Of a stretch of DNA of 24,180 nt, positions 23,347-24,180 are shown piece after piece. The notes beneath the pieces were generated by a model. That model worked only from the letters and a program-made list of their open reading frames with translations, had not been told where the DNA came from and ran no database searches. A program made the position numbers and the translations under genes. How positions within the stretch are numbered: the stretch's first letter is position 1; each line of letters opens with the position of its first letter. Source of the stretch: an uncultured Candidatus Saccharibacteria bacterium (GTDB taxonomy: Bacteria; Patescibacteriota; Minisyncoccia; Phycocordibacterales; CAZKGX01); contig CAZKGX010000001.1 in NCBI GenBank assembly GCA_964552645.1, forward strand, positions 1,011-25,190, given 5' to 3'.

Positions 23347-24180
23347 ATGCATACACCCTCCGATCACAATAAGGTGCCGGCCATAATGATATCGACGGAT
23401 AGAGGTATTTTTATTAATGAAAGCTCGGTTCGTGAAAGAATGAAAGGGTATGGAAAGAAGTACGATAGCCTTTCCATAATCGTCTTTGCTCTCAAGAAAC
23501 ATAGGGTGCCGAAAGAAGATTGTCTTGTTGAGGGTGATGCGCAGAATGCATCTGGTCGTGTTGTGGCATACAGTACCAAGGCATGGCTACGCTTATGCTA
23601 TATGCCGCGAGCGTTTTGGCAGGGCATACAGCGTATCAATACGCTTGCTGATGCGGGCCATAAAACTGTGTATATAACCACGCAGGATCCATTTGAAACA
23701 GGGCTGGTCGGTGTGCTGCTTGCTTGGTACGGCACCTACGTGTGTGGTCTTACTATTCGGCGCAATGTAGATATTCACACCGATATGTATAGCCCGTATT
23801 TTAGAAAAGCCTTCTTCCTCAATCGACTCCGCCTTTGCATTGCCCCTCTGACACTACAAAACGCCACTACGATACGCGTGGTATTGGAACGCATCAAAAA
23901 ACAGCTCGGGGAGCAATCGATTGATATGGCAAAAATTGAAGTGCGACCGATCGCTCTCGATCCTCTTATTGCACGTATAGCACATGAGGGTCTTGCTCAG
24001 CATTCTGATATTGAACAGCGTATACGTGACATACGAGATACGTATGGTCAAAAGAGGACACTCATTTTTATGGCAGGACGACTGGCACCAGAAAAAGAAT
24101 ATCCCTTTGCCTTTGAGGTGTACGCTCGCTACAAAGCAGGGTCGACGGATACAGAAGCGCCACTCCTCGTCATTGCGGGA
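23347..24180 (+). CDS. GT4-family glycosyltransferase, 5' part (runs off the window)
   Basis: Not in the ORF track. Manual translation MHTPSDHNKVPAIMISTDRG..TTQDPFETG..DIHTD..MAGRLAPEK..LLVIAG is open to the window end. Confidence 0.85.
   Translation, partial: MHTPSDHNKVPAIMISTDRGIFINESSVRERMKGYGKKYDSLSIIVFALKKHRVPKEDCLVEGDAQNASGRVVAYSTKAWLRLCYMPRAFWQGIQRINTLADAGHKTVYITTQDPFETGLVGVLLAWYGTYVCGLTIRRNVDIHTDMYSPYFRKAFFLNRLRLCIAPLTLQNATTIRVVLERIKKQLGEQSIDMAKIEVRPIALDPLIARIAHEGLAQHSDIEQRIRDIRDTYGQKRTLIFMAGRLAPEKEYPFAFEVYARYKAGSTDTEAPLLVIAG

Noticed and set aside
1-24180. Recoded genetic code 25 (TGA=Gly)
   Set aside because: All long genes are intact under code 11, and the TGA at 20746-20748 ends a protein right after its TM anchor, before a separate gene start.

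Overview
This is a gene-dense, roughly 45-50% GC window read in genetic code 11. Its gene content suggests a Patescibacteria/CPR (Parcubacteria-like) chromosome, which is an inference: a stand-alone VirD4-like ATPase, a DUF4015 hydrolase, an LTD-PKD surface protein, GT4s, and -10 boxes directly in front of start codons. Ordinary content: pyk, an orphan 7TM histidine kinase, radC, rsmI, tRNA-Ile(GAT), tRNA-Leu(CAG) and glycosyltransferases. Three things stand out. (1) A cell-wall-linked cluster at 6911-14263: an ATP-grasp::NlpC/P60 fusion, then mraY with a long loop insertion, then a Bpt/ATE-like aminoacyl-tRNA transferase translationally coupled to an Mpl-like Mur ligase. Next to these sit a LysW-like Zn-ribbon ending in DEGK rather than EDWGE and a PLP fold-type II enzyme. 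This is a candidate undescribed peptidoglycan stem-peptide tailoring or salvage system. (2) A roughly 125-nt structured ncRNA candidate inside that cluster, with a perfect extended -10 promoter, a 10-bp closing stem, two alternative folds and an anti-Shine-Dalgarno-like C-rich tract. (3) Both tRNA genes are preceded exactly 76 nt upstream by a degenerate copy of their own 5' part, and the two spacers share GGTGGTTC-N8-AATATA. tRNA-Leu is also followed by an exact 30-bp copy of its 3' end; tRNA-Ile has only a weak, gapped 3'-end match. A 7-bp-period repeat family ending in GAGAGG occurs three times. All family assignments come from motif recognition by eye; no searches were run.
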